A DNA stretch of 64,000 bases, from NCBI GenBank assembly GCA_052426225.1, contig JBNJNM010000010.1:1-64000 (forward strand), given 5' to 3'. The stretch comes from Zancudomyces culisetae HAW-14-8 (Eukaryota > Fungi > Kickxellomycota). The position numbers and the translations under genes are program-made. The notes beneath the pieces are model-generated. The model made no database searches and was not told where the DNA came from. It worked only from the letters and a program-made list of their open reading frames with translations. Positions 12,189-24,060 of this stretch are shown here, one piece after another (positions within the stretch are counted from its first letter, which is position 1; each line of letters begins with the position of its first letter).

Positions 12189-13929
12189 TAAATGTTGTCA
12201 TGCTTGTTTTAATAGCAAGTAGCTTATATTATTTATTTAATTTTATAGCATATGAAGGTGGTACTTTTGGTTGAGATAAATTTTATTATACGGTATTAAT
12301 ATTATGGATTAATTACATATTTGAAACTTAGATCCCAAACATCTTCATACGATGCTGAATACTACTGATCGATGGGCAGTAGCCAATTGTTGTTTTAAAT
12401 TCGCCATTAAAGTATATTTTGAATAATATTTACAGTTTTTAGCTTGGAAAAATTGATGTATAAACGATTTTTCAAAGGTTTAAAAACAATAGCACTACTG
12501 GTATAATTCACAATCGAGCTATCAAATAAACACTACAAAAAAACAACCCTACAAAATATCTACCTGAAAAATCACCCTTATATCACTCTATAAACTTTGT
12601 ACCCACCATATTCCGATTGAAAGTATCACAGAAACAAATAAAACAGTAGTAAATTACAATCCCATCACACATTGTAACTCGTTCCAGGTTATAGAAAGCA
12701 TTAACAGAACAATTATTATTGCTCTAGTTATTTTTAGTATGTAAACCAAAACTCAACTTTCAACAGAGTCAGAGATGTATCAGCGCACAAAATTACATAG
12801 GGCAACCTGATAAGCTAAGCAAAAAAAAAATTAGTAAAAGTAAGTTGGCTGATTATTATTGTTTTAAAAAGTATTGGCAAGTTAAAAATAATATAACTTT
12901 ACAGAGAATATTCAGATGCTCACATATAATATACAATCCGATATGAAACCAAAAAACCACATCAAATCCAGAAATTAAAACGAATAACCTCGTAATATTC
13001 TCAACTTCTTACGCTTTCTAATCCTCACAACACCCTTTCCAAACGTCTAGTTAGTAGATGAAATAATTACTCGTACAGAGTAAACTACATTGAACAAATA
13101 TTTCAATATAAATACCAGGTATGAAATTTATCACCAGTTAATTTTATAGACACTTGAGTGCTGAGTCCCATTTAAATTGCAAATCCTTGTAAAACCAGCA
13201 CCAGCAACAATATGATTCTTTTTCATTTTTTCATTTTACGTAATTTAATCTGAGAATTAATCACATGTACATTAATATTATTCAAAGTATAAATAGTGCA
13301 ACCCATCAGTGAATTAACCATGTATTCTCATCTATACCAGATGATATGGCATTTGGTTAAAACTAATCCAAGTAAATACGGATTTTTAATAATATTAACA
13401 TAATACTGTTCAATGTTCTGTGTAAATATTGAAATAAGAACAGGCAAATGTTAAGAACTAGATAACATTGATGTAATCAGCATAATGCAAGAAATTGATA
13501 AAGAATTTGGCGAGCACTGGCACTTATTATCGAAATTTTGGAATTTGATGTCAAACTAAATCCATTCTAATCAAATTAAAAAAGTCTAACTTTTTGGATG
13601 AAGGAAACAAGGTATGGTGATATATGTACTGTATTCATCAGTTTTGTGTAGGTATATACATAAAAAGTATAAAACTTGTAAAAACAACTCTTTAAAAAGC
13701 TCAAAGCGTTTATTTGATAGCAAATAGTTTGAGGTGCTATTTATTAGAACAATTTTAATGAGATGAAAAGAAACAAACTCAGAAAAAATAAAACATTTAT
13801 AAAAACCCATTCGGTATTTCAATTCTAGAAATAATTAAGAAGAACTATTATGTAATAAGATAAACACAATTAACAGTTATTTTTCCTTTGCATTCATAAA
13901 CTCTTCAGTATTAGCTAAACGATCTAAAA

Positions 13930-14322
13930 AAAAAGAGAAATTCGCAACATTGAAAAAATCCACAAACGAGAAGCAGCAAGGCTATTCCGCAAACAACCCG
14001 CTGACCGTACTATAATCATCCCTGACTTTATAGTCGATAATTTGACTATTTTTGGTACCTAAATCTCAAAATTTATAGTAACTGTCACAAAATAAACCTA
14101 ACTACAGTTCTAGAATTGACAATCCCAGGAGTCGTGACAATAGATGGATCCACATCTACAACCTCCTCAGCATCAACCACACCCACTCCTGTCTCAACTT
14201 TGAGTCAATTATTTTGTATTGAACTATCTTGGAGTACCAATAGTGCCCACTTTAAACAAATTCAGCGCTATACAACATACCGCAATCGACAACTAGAATA
14301 TGATAAATCTAAGTGTTTATAG
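13930..14322 (+). mobile_element. Possible decayed Gypsy integrase C-terminus / chromodomain remnant
   Basis: Across frames: PDFIVDNL (like F..GD.V), NKPNY...RWIHIYNL (like the H/V..L integrase tail) and KQIQRYTTYRNRQLEY (like chromodomain I...R.R.LEY). Confidence 0.3.
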
Positions 14323-15668
14323 AAAAATTGATTGCAGCGACTTGAATTAACCGCTCTCCTAAGTATTATTTCAGTTATATAAAGATACCTATTTGATTTA
14401 TATCCCCAACACAATTTTAATTGTTTTTAGTAAATGCATAATATATTCACACTACATTGATGTATTATACATATTGTATATAGCCACATCTATTTCCAAA
14501 AAAAATATTATGAATTGTTTTAGCTGTTGTTATGCTTATAAGCTCTAGACAATACTGAGGTATTTTAGTCTTTTATAAATTTACCCACTAACAAAGTGTT
14601 GTGGCTATGTTTTAATAGTCTTTATTTTAATAAATATACTTTACTCTTTCTGCTATAGCTGTCTTTTTGGTTCGATCTTTTAATGCAAGATAGTTGGAAT
14701 ATAGATTCTAATTAACATCACATGTTTCCAACTAAGCTAAAATACCCAACAATAAAACAATACACAAACTTGGATACATTATATTTAGCTGTATAATAAT
14801 GTTTATTTGTGCCATTAGATACATCAAGATTCACTAGTGCAATCTAAAAAAGTAAATATGCTTACCTAGTATGATAAAATTTGAAACGCTGCTTCATTCT
14901 CACTATTTTACTTATTTTAGACAATTTGTAATCATTGGGAAGGGGCGATCTTATGGTCATTGACATTAGGTTAATCACAGTATTTTTATTATTTTCCGTC
15001 TACAACAATTATTTCTCACTATAAAAAAGAAGGGGAATTAAATAATATTAAAATTATCAGTATAATAGGATCGGGTCTGCTCTATTTGGTTTAGATAATT
15101 TTAAACAATTTCTAAGAATAGATTGACTTTAAATACTATTTTTAGTTCAATTTATTTTTTTCACTAAATCACCATTAAATCGATAATTATTTGCTCTGGA
15201 TAAATTTCATTAGGATGAATTAAATTACCAATAATCCATAACTGGTTGTAGCACGGGTATGATTATACTTTGGTATTTGTTATTCAAAAGTCAAAATCGA
15301 ATAAAATATAGACTTTGTTTTGTGTTATGTAAGAATTACAAAATACCTCTAGCGTATTTGTTAAGCTCGCGTTTTACTTTACCATAAATCAAGTAAACAC
15401 AATTACTGAACACAAATTAATATTGTTTGCTCTTTGTGCTCTAACACTTACTACAAAATAACAATTTTTTAAAATATTAGAGTTAAGGTTAAGATATATT
15501 ACAAAACCTGATTCTCTAAAATTACACATGCTTTCTAAATTTAGCCCTATATTCAATACCAATATTCTTTACGGTTCTAAAATTAGGATTATTACTAGAC
15601 TTTAAAATTGATATAGGATACCCGTGAATTGTGTTTAAAGAGTAGATTAAAAATGAGAATAGAAAAAG

Positions 15669-15675
15669 TATAAAA
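15669..15675 (+). promoter_or_regulatory. TATA box of the Tyr/Gly-rich gene
   Basis: TATAAAA about 150 nt upstream of ATG 15824, within AAAAGTATAAAAG. Confidence 0.5.
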
Positions 15676-15823
15676 GGGGTCAAGATATCACTGTCAAAAA
15701 AAAATCATCAACAATTGAATATTCTTCAAGTGACAATTTAAAGCATAATCATAATCATTTGTATTAAAATATTGCATTAGCAATCAGCTACACACAACGC
15801 TCATTTTAAACTAGATATCAAAA

Positions 15824-16228
15824 ATGGTAAAATCAACACTCGCACTTTTCACTGCCGCAGTTGCCACAGTATCTGTAAATGCTGCATCCGCTCCAAGACC
15901 AAGAGCAAATGTCGGACCTATGCAACCACCAATGGGACAGGTCCAGGACTTTGAAAGATATGCTCCACCATCTCGCCCTGCCTTTAATAACCGCTTTGCC
16001 GCTCCAGCCTACCGCAAGCGTGCTGACGAGGAGGAGGATGTTGCACCAGCTGACGACGATTCTGCCCAAACTGTTGATCCTTCAGCAGAAGGCGGTGATG
16101 CAGGAAATGGAACCGATGATCGTTGGTGGTACGGATACTATGGATACCCATACTACGGCGGATACTACGGATATCCATCGTATGGTTACGGTTACAGATA
16201 CCCATACTACGGTGGATACTACTACTAA
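15824..16228 (+). CDS. Secreted small protein with a Tyr/Gly-rich C-terminal repeat tail
   Basis: AAAATG context, signal peptide (MVKSTLALFTAAVATVSVNA), dibasic RKR, acidic spacer, YGYYGYPYYGG repeats, GC-richer codons than the flanks. Confidence 0.88.
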   Translation: MVKSTLALFTAAVATVSVNAASAPRPRANVGPMQPPMGQVQDFERYAPPSRPAFNNRFAAPAYRKRADEEEDVAPADDDSAQTVDPSAEGGDAGNGTDDRWWYGYYGYPYYGGYYGYPSYGYGYRYPYYGGYYY

Positions 16229-16835
16229 CTTGCCATTCTTTAAAACTTTGTTGGTTTTAGTCGTTACTTTAACTAATTCTAAGGGTCTTTATATATTATT
16301 TAAATAAATATATATCGAACAATATACATGAAGATACATACATTGCTGCATGAATCGGTTATAAATTCAAAATTAGCAATTGAATAGCAATTAAATTACC
16401 ACATTCAATTTATTCCGTTTACTAAATTAGTAATATTATCATTGGTAAAGTACACATAGTTTATTAAGATAATTGTCTTTGATCTACCTAAGGCAGAAAA
16501 AACATCATCTGACCAATTACCAGTGAGTATGCTGTCTCTAGAGTTGCGGAAATAGACTTTTCATATTATGTTTTAAAAAATTTTTTACCTACTATCTTTT
16601 TGGTATTTGTGCACTTGTTGTGACATTAAATTATACTATCAACTAAAATATACATAAATATTAAAGCTTGTGGATCATTTTGGTCTCGCTTTAAAGTAGA
16701 ATATTGTAACTTATTTTAGCTAAAGATTGGATACTTTAATTAATCTCAGCACTCTAAGGCTAGAAAAATAATATTTTCATTCAATAAACTTGACTCTAAA
16801 GTGATTTATTGTTTCTTATAAAGGAGTATTAAAGA

Positions 16836-17231
16836 TTATTCGTTGGGGGCAGTACCCATTGACACCCATTTAATTGAAAGTGGACCAGATTTGAGATCTT
16901 CTGGGAAATTCCACAGACCAGTTTCTAAAAACCTGGTATTTACTGTACACACACCTCTACAGTCATTTTCTCTGCATAGCAGCATTCCTCCTGATCTATT
17001 TGTGGGATTAAGAAATTGCGCTGAGGTGCCCTGCTCAATGTTATAACACTTGTGTTTTCTCATTTGGAAGTCGTTTATTACATCTCCTGAAAAGCGGTAG
17101 CCTGAGAATACTTTAACGTGCAAGGTTGGTCGAGAAGACCCGTGATGGTGATGATGGCAATGGCCTGATACTAGCAGGGTTTGAGTAGCTGACAGAAGCT
17201 GGATGGCCAATGTATAACTTGAAACGCGCAT
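16836..17231 (-). CDS. Secreted small Cys-containing protein with His tract (paralog of 21713-22192)
   Basis: Hydrophobic N-terminus, HCHHHHH, C-x23-C-x4-C-x3-C, upstream TATAAA near 17337-17342 (minus). Confidence 0.8.
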   Translation of the reverse strand: MRVSSYTLAIQLLSATQTLLVSGHCHHHHHGSSRPTLHVKVFSGYRFSGDVINDFQMRKHKCYNIEQGTSAQFLNPTNRSGGMLLCRENDCRGVCTVNTRFLETGLWNFPEDLKSGPLSIKWVSMGTAPNE

Positions 17232-20200
17232 TTTTAGAGGTTTTCTTTATAAGTAAGCTAGTTGGCTTTTTCTATTCTATTTTATTTTAGTCTAGTTGAG
17301 GTTCAAAATACAAATTTAAGAGTGTATCTAGTACTATTTATACAATTTTTGAAACTAATCATTTGTTAGTTTAGTAAAGTATTGTTTAAAGTAATATTAT
17401 TAATAAATATATCCGTGGTAGCAGGAGTGTAAACCAAATACGCGTATATCAATTTACTATGTTTATCTAAATGGGTAGCTCAAAATTTGTATTGCATTAA
17501 GCTGCTAGACATAATTTATGAATAATTTAATAATACATTTACACACATTATTGGTAAAGTAGAATTTAGAAACGAGCGACGAATATGAATATTTCTAGAG
17601 AAGGGTAATATGATTGACGCGTATATCCTAATCGATACAATAAACTATTAGCAAAATATAGCTAACGGAGTGCGATTTACCTCATTTTATAAGAAAAGCT
17701 TTTACTGAATATTTTTATATACTATTGAGTGTTGAATTGGTGACTATTTGAGCATTAGTAGTCAATGTTGAGTCTTAATATAAATTTTAGATTAAATAAT
17801 TTTAAAATTTATTGGCTTAAGCTCAAACTTGATATAATCTAGACTTATCTAATAAAAAATAGTATATGGCAACTCTACATGGTGTGAAAATAAAATATTT
17901 TATTCACACTATAATGAAACGTTCTATACAGGGTGGGTAACCAATGATATGCGCTCTTTAAATTTGAATTTGTATACAAGTTATGCTTCAATATTATCTG
18001 CTTTGCATAATATTTGGCTATCGCGTTTTCTGGATTTGTAGGAAAATTTTCAATTTCTATTTTTATTAATTCTAAAGTAAAAAAGATCAACAGAACATGA
18101 TCTAGTATCCTTAGGAACTTTTAAAAGTTACTGCTTTTTGTATGTGATTAGTCTATAAAACCTATATTTGAGCACAGTTTTTCTACAAAGTGCTTTTAAA
18201 AGTTTGTAACTACGGTTAGTAAGAAAAATTAAAAGTTGGAGATACGAATATCCTGGTGCATTTCAAAATGATTCTATATTTTAATTTGTTTTAATAATAT
18301 GGTTTTTCATAATTTATAGAAACTAAAGTTTATACTTGATTGGTACATATTATATTAAAATGAGTGTTTGACTACCAAAAACTGTTCTGGAGTAGCCAAA
18401 GTTAAATGTTTACTCAATCCAGCTATCGTTTATGTCGTGTTAACACTGACAGGATAATTTACTAATTTTATGATATTTAGTCTAAGTGTAATTATAGAAA
18501 TGTTCTATTCTATAGCTTTTTCATATTTTACTAGATTTATTTCTCACACTCTCATACCGCCAAGTAAGTGAAAAATAATTATTTCTTGTTGAGTGATAGC
18601 TAAATTTGAATTCAGTAGTCTGTCTACTTTATTTTCCTGCTTTTTAAAACATTAGGAATAAATAGTAAACGATTGAATATTTCAATTTATACCAATTTTA
18701 TTTCAAAAAACATCTTTAATAAACCATAAAAGTAATCAGAGTAGATTGAACGAGTGTTTGTATGTCAAACCACAAAAGAAATTAGTAAGATTTGAGAAAT
18801 GCAGTTTATGTATTTGAAAAATAACTATTTGCAAACTAAATTTTACTCAGTACCGAATTTACAACCAACGAATTATTGGAACTTTAAAATTGAACTTTTA
18901 GAGTCTGTAAGTGTACATTGATGTTATTTTCATTTATAAAATTTAATTATTAATACTAGATTAGTGAGTTTTAATGCTCTAAATAGAAATATCTTTGATA
19001 ATTATGCGAACAACCAGTACAATTACGCGTGTACCATCCTATTTTATATAGAATATTTTTATCTAGATACTCGTTTATATAGATAAAACAATTATCAATT
19101 AATATATATTGAGATGACATTTCCGAAATTTATGATAGTCAGCAATGACATACATGGTTAAATAAAATAATGATGAAATTAGATTTCCTACTTTCAAGTA
19201 TAAATGTATGTGATACTCGTTTTTGAAAATAAAGTTTAATCTCGGCACAAATACTCCTGACTTGTGTATAGAAGGTTTGATCCAATCCTCGTCTTAAAAG
19301 ATTATTATAATCATTATATATCTTTTTTTAAATTGGGTATCCCGCTAAGTATAAAAAAACTATAAGTGATATCTTGCTGCCCAAGTAAACAGGAAATTTT
19401 TTTTTCACCAACCCTATTTAATACCAGCCAAATTTCAAATACAAGTGTATTTAATTAATACTGATTGTTTTGAATTTAAAATCACACATAGGTTTACATT
19501 TTGTCTCGTTTAAATAATGAGTATTTCAAAGCGAAGGCTATGTGATAAGGTATTTCATTTCTTGCTTCAACTCGAGATAAAACTAGCAATACAATATATC
19601 CAAAAATCTTGAACATTTTATAGTTTGAATTTCAAAAACAACAACAACAATGTGTATACTGATGAATATGGTTACGTGTGTTTACTGATGTGTTTTAAAT
19701 AGTTTTTTGTTTTATACACACACATATACCAAAACACATTATTCACGGTATTTTTAAGTTTTAATTTTACACCCTTTTGACCTACTCTTCTTTGAAATCC
19801 AATATATAATATTCAATAGAATGTGTTTTTGGATATACAATGTTTTTGAATAATGCTTGAAATAATATAGAGAAGGTAGAATGTGACTATATCATTTAGA
19901 TGTATTGAAAAGCCTAAAAAAGTATAGTGTTAACTAATATTTCCTAGTATTTGTATTTTATAACTGAAATAGCTTGTGATCAATTGCAAAGTACAAAGCA
20001 TTTGGATAACTAGAATTTTTTGTTGAAAATAATATTTTTACGATACAGGATGATATAGTGAAAATAGACAATACTATTTTGTTAGCTTTGATAAAAATTT
20101 AAAACTCAAGCATTTCCTCAACACCCAACTCTAAAGACTTAATCATTTGATTGATAGATTTATTCTATCAACGGGATCAAACCTAGATTATGAGTATATT

Positions 20201-21610
20201 TAAACTAGATTTAAAAGATCTGAATTACTCAATTGATAACATTCCACTATTTAGTTATAATATAAGGTTTTATGGTTTATTGTTTTGTACTCTCAAAAGT
20301 ACTAAAAGATTATTGAATGCCCATTAATACTAATTCAGCTTATTAGTTTTTAATTACTTTAGAAGTTGTAAATTGTAAAGGCTAAAATATTATTATTATT
20401 TAGATATTATCATTAAATGTTCTGTTTTCATGTTTAATATTCAATCATACCTATTGTAGTAATAACATTAATAGTGAAAATAACTACGAATATTTATTCA
20501 GACTTGAAGGTCAAGGTGATATTGTATTAATCGAGTTTTCACATATATAAATTTCAGATAATTCAAATATGAAAACACATATTAATATACCACCTGGAAA
20601 AAACAATAAAGTTATTGAAGAGTATTCCCTAACCCCCCAAAAAACACAATTTACAGTTTTCAAAACTGTTTATTCTGCGATTTAGTTTGTAAATGAAACA
20701 TTAAACAAACCAATTTAATTGATATTAAATTGATTGACCTGAATTGCATCTCAGATCCTAAAAATTCATTTTTTGACTCAAGAACATACGGCGATCCTAA
20801 AAACTCCAATCAAGCTATAGCAAATATCGCTTTTTAGAACCCAGAAGGCTTAGAACTAACAGGAACCAATGAATATTTTTAATAATAATCATGTAAATAG
20901 TCTAAATACGAGTAGAGTTGCAGGATTGAGAAAAACAGACGATTAAATACTCTTTACTCTGTTGACGACATTCCTTTATATAGTATAAATCTAGATCTAT
21001 ACTATTTCCATAGCTTAAATATAGATTTTCTTAAAGTTGATTTGCACTGTAAACTTCAAACCAATCAAAAATCAAAAATGAAAACGCATTTAAATTCTTT
21101 AAAAACTCTAGAATTTTGGATACATTGCTGGACTTATCCTGCATATTTCTATAAGCATAACTGTCCGGAATATTTTTAATGAAATACTTTGAAATGTGGT
21201 TAGCCCACACAAAATGAAAAACAAATGTTTTCATAGATACTGTTTTTTATTCCGTATAATCGAGTTCAACACCGAATTATTTTAATATGGGAAAGCGAGT
21301 GGAAATCCTTTCATATACCGTGAAATAATTTATCAAAGCTTAGAGCATAAGAGAGATCAATAAAATGTTGTTACATATTAATGCATATGTCTTTTTATAA
21401 ATAATGATGTTCATAATACATTTTTACCAGAGGAGCTACAAACCTAGGCCTATGCATAATTTGATACTGCTCTATATAGTCGAATTTTGGTGTGAGTAGA
21501 ACAATAATTGCAGTGTTAATACCAATTTCAAGGTCATAATCCCTATATTGGTGGGTAAACATAATCATACAGTACTATAATTTTAAACAAATCCCTTGGT
21601 CTGTGAAAAG

Positions 21611-21617
21611 TATAAAA
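21611..21617 (+). promoter_or_regulatory. TATA box of the 21713 gene
   Basis: TATAAAA about 100 nt upstream of the ATG, within AAAAGTATAAAAG. Confidence 0.5.
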
Positions 21618-21712
21618 GACATAGCCTGTTTTAACATTAAAAGAAGCTACATTCACTCCCTTGGAATTTAACAGTTTAGACTAGAATAGAAAAAAAGAGT
21701 AAAATCTCAAAA

Positions 21713-22192
21713 ATGATCAAGTCAGTAATTCTCAGCACTTTGGTAGCTAGCTCAGCTTTTGCTTTCAATGGACAGAACGCACAGAATGCACAGAACCGAA
21801 ATTTACAGGCTATAGGTAAAAACAGTGTTTCAGAGTCCAACTTCAACGAAATGCATTACGGACACAGTCGCAGACGCAGTCAAATGACAGTTGAACTGTT
21901 CCGTACCGGCTCCGGACAAATTGATCCACTTGCTGTCGGCAAGGATGTTAGTAATCCACAAGGTACTTTCAATATCAGACCAAATAAGTGCTACTCAGCA
22001 CCGCAGTTTGCAGCCGTAAAAATGAGAGGCTCGAATATCAGCAAAGGTGCATTTATGGCTTGCACCCAGTCCGGTTGTACAGGTCTGTGTTATACCTATC
22101 CTATGAGCCAAGGATCTTCAATTAATGAATTATGGAATATTTTTGGCAGTCGGTGGGCTGTGTCTTATTCTTGGATTTCTCCATACTTTTAA
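21713..22192 (+). CDS. Secreted small Cys-containing protein (paralog of 16836-17231)
   Basis: Signal peptide MIKSVILSTLVASSAFA, Asn/Gln-rich pro-region ending RRR, same Cys spacing and LWN / S.W.S motifs as 16836-17231. Confidence 0.85.
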   Translation: MIKSVILSTLVASSAFAFNGQNAQNAQNRNLQAIGKNSVSESNFNEMHYGHSRRRSQMTVELFRTGSGQIDPLAVGKDVSNPQGTFNIRPNKCYSAPQFAAVKMRGSNISKGAFMACTQSGCTGLCYTYPMSQGSSINELWNIFGSRWAVSYSWISPYF

Positions 22193-23178
22193 AATGTTGT
22201 ACTATAAGCAACTAGATTAGATTTTTTTTGGTTATAGAGCTATTTAGAACAGTTCGATAAATAAATAACTTGTAATCAAATAATGAAAAAAATCAAGAGT
22301 ATTATCATGGTTAAACGTTAAAGAGGCGTGATAGTAATACCACGCTAGATAAATAGTTAATATCTAACGGATAGGTAAATTAAAAATGAAGATATAATTG
22401 TAATTATTTTTAGTGAATAGAATGAAAGCCTATTATTATTTTCGAACATACAAATACAATTATGTCTGCTTAATTCCTACCCATATCTAGCTCAGATGAT
22501 GGTATAGAGGCAACGAGAAACAGTAAAATTTTGATTAATTATGGCTTATATTTATTTTTTTAATTAGGTTTTTGTTCTTTTAATATTATACAGTGATTTC
22601 TGTAATTTCATCTTAAATATAAATTTTCTAAAGTTAAACATTTTTATTATCGACCAGATATGTTTACCACTTAGATATTAGGGATTAATCGGAAAAAACG
22701 AATATTTAGGAAATAAGTCTGGTTATATATAGACTGTGAACGTATGATTGCATCTAGACGTTCTAAAAGTAATTAGTTATCATACCATTAAACTAAAATA
22801 GACGAATACATAGTTTGGAGTAGACGATAAAATAGAAAAGTAGCATTAGCCGATCCTGGCCGCTTGATTTAACGAAAAAGTAAAACAAAATTTAATATAC
22901 ACCCACTTATTGTGTGTCAATAGTTTCTTGATAACATGGTTTATAGAGGTAATTGTTACTGTAACCTCGACTAGCCGCGGTTACAACGAAATTCATATTA
23001 TATATATGTAAAGCTAATTTTATTCTCTTCCGCGTGTTTTTTTATTTTAGTGAACGGTAAATTAGGTTGATAAGTGCTAATTTTATTAATATCTTTTTCA
23101 CATATGAATAATAATACTAAGCCTATATCTTAATCACAAACACATTGTAAATAATATCTATAATCGCTTCGATATTAT

Positions 23179-24060
23179 TTAATCAGCTGTGTAAATCAAA
23201 CCTCTGATGGAAACTCCAAGTTCCTTCGCTATAAATTGTAAAAAGAATGAAGTCCTGGCATAGTACGCAATTTAAATTTATCCACATTTACGGATCGAGT
23301 CTGTTTCCCTAATTCCACCAGTAGATGTAACGCCGACCAAAACTTATTCTCCATTGATTTTTGTCACCAATGGACCACCAAAATTACCCTGATATGAATC
23401 TTTATCGTTTTATCTCTCCTGGCAGATCAAAGGTCTGAAATTGCTTTTTCAGGCACTTTCATATGCTATACAGTTAGAACTAGCTGAAATATCCACAGTG
23501 GTCTTTAGCAGTCCTATAGACGGCATTGGCTCGCTAGTATTAAAAACACCCCATCCCGCTACTTGTACTGGTAGATCGTTGTTTACTCTATATGGATAAA
23601 GTTTGACTGGTTTTGCTACGCTGCTTGAAACTGATTTTTCTAGCTTCGAAAATGCTAAATCGTGTGATTTCACCGCGCTATAATCACCCGAATTGATTTT
23701 GACTACAATGTAGTAATCTGTTCCATTGTTGGGGTTTCCAAGAATTTGACTACCCACTACAACTGCTAGGGTATCCGTCGTAATTTTTATTTTGCTTTGG
23801 ATGACCCAATGAACAGCTGTGAGTATGTACGATGAGCTAATCAGTGATCCAGTGCAAGAAAAGAAGTATGTGGAATCAGATTTAAAAATTATCTGTGATG
23901 CAAATCCAAACTTATCGTATTCTACCTCCACACCATTAATAATATTTGTAACCAGACTAGCGTTATCAATTTTCTCGGAGTCATAGAGTATCAATTCTGA
24001 TATCTGTATGTCAGCTTTTACGACAGCAGCTCCCAAGATCAAAATTTTCAAGTTTAGTAT
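23179..24060 (-). pseudogene. Trypsin-like (S1) serine protease pseudogene
   Basis: IING, CTGSLI, TAVHW (for TAAHC), HDLA, VAGWG. Beyond the stop at 23449 the frame continues DSYQGNFGGPL (for DSCQGDSGGPL) and VLVGVTS, with several in-frame stops and a late frameshift. The likely start ATG is now ATA at 24060. Confidence 0.88.

Noticed and set aside
15833-16307. Overlapping alternative ORFs (15879-16307 +, 15833-16069 -, 15984-16205 -)
   Set aside because: Shadow frames of the GC-richer, repetitive Tyr/Gly-rich gene, which alone has a signal peptide and a good start context.
23449-23451. In-frame TGA in the trypsin gene as a possible selenocysteine codon
   Set aside because: It is followed by several TAA stops, a frameshift and loss of the catalytic Ser, and no SECIS was seen. 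This is a pseudogene.
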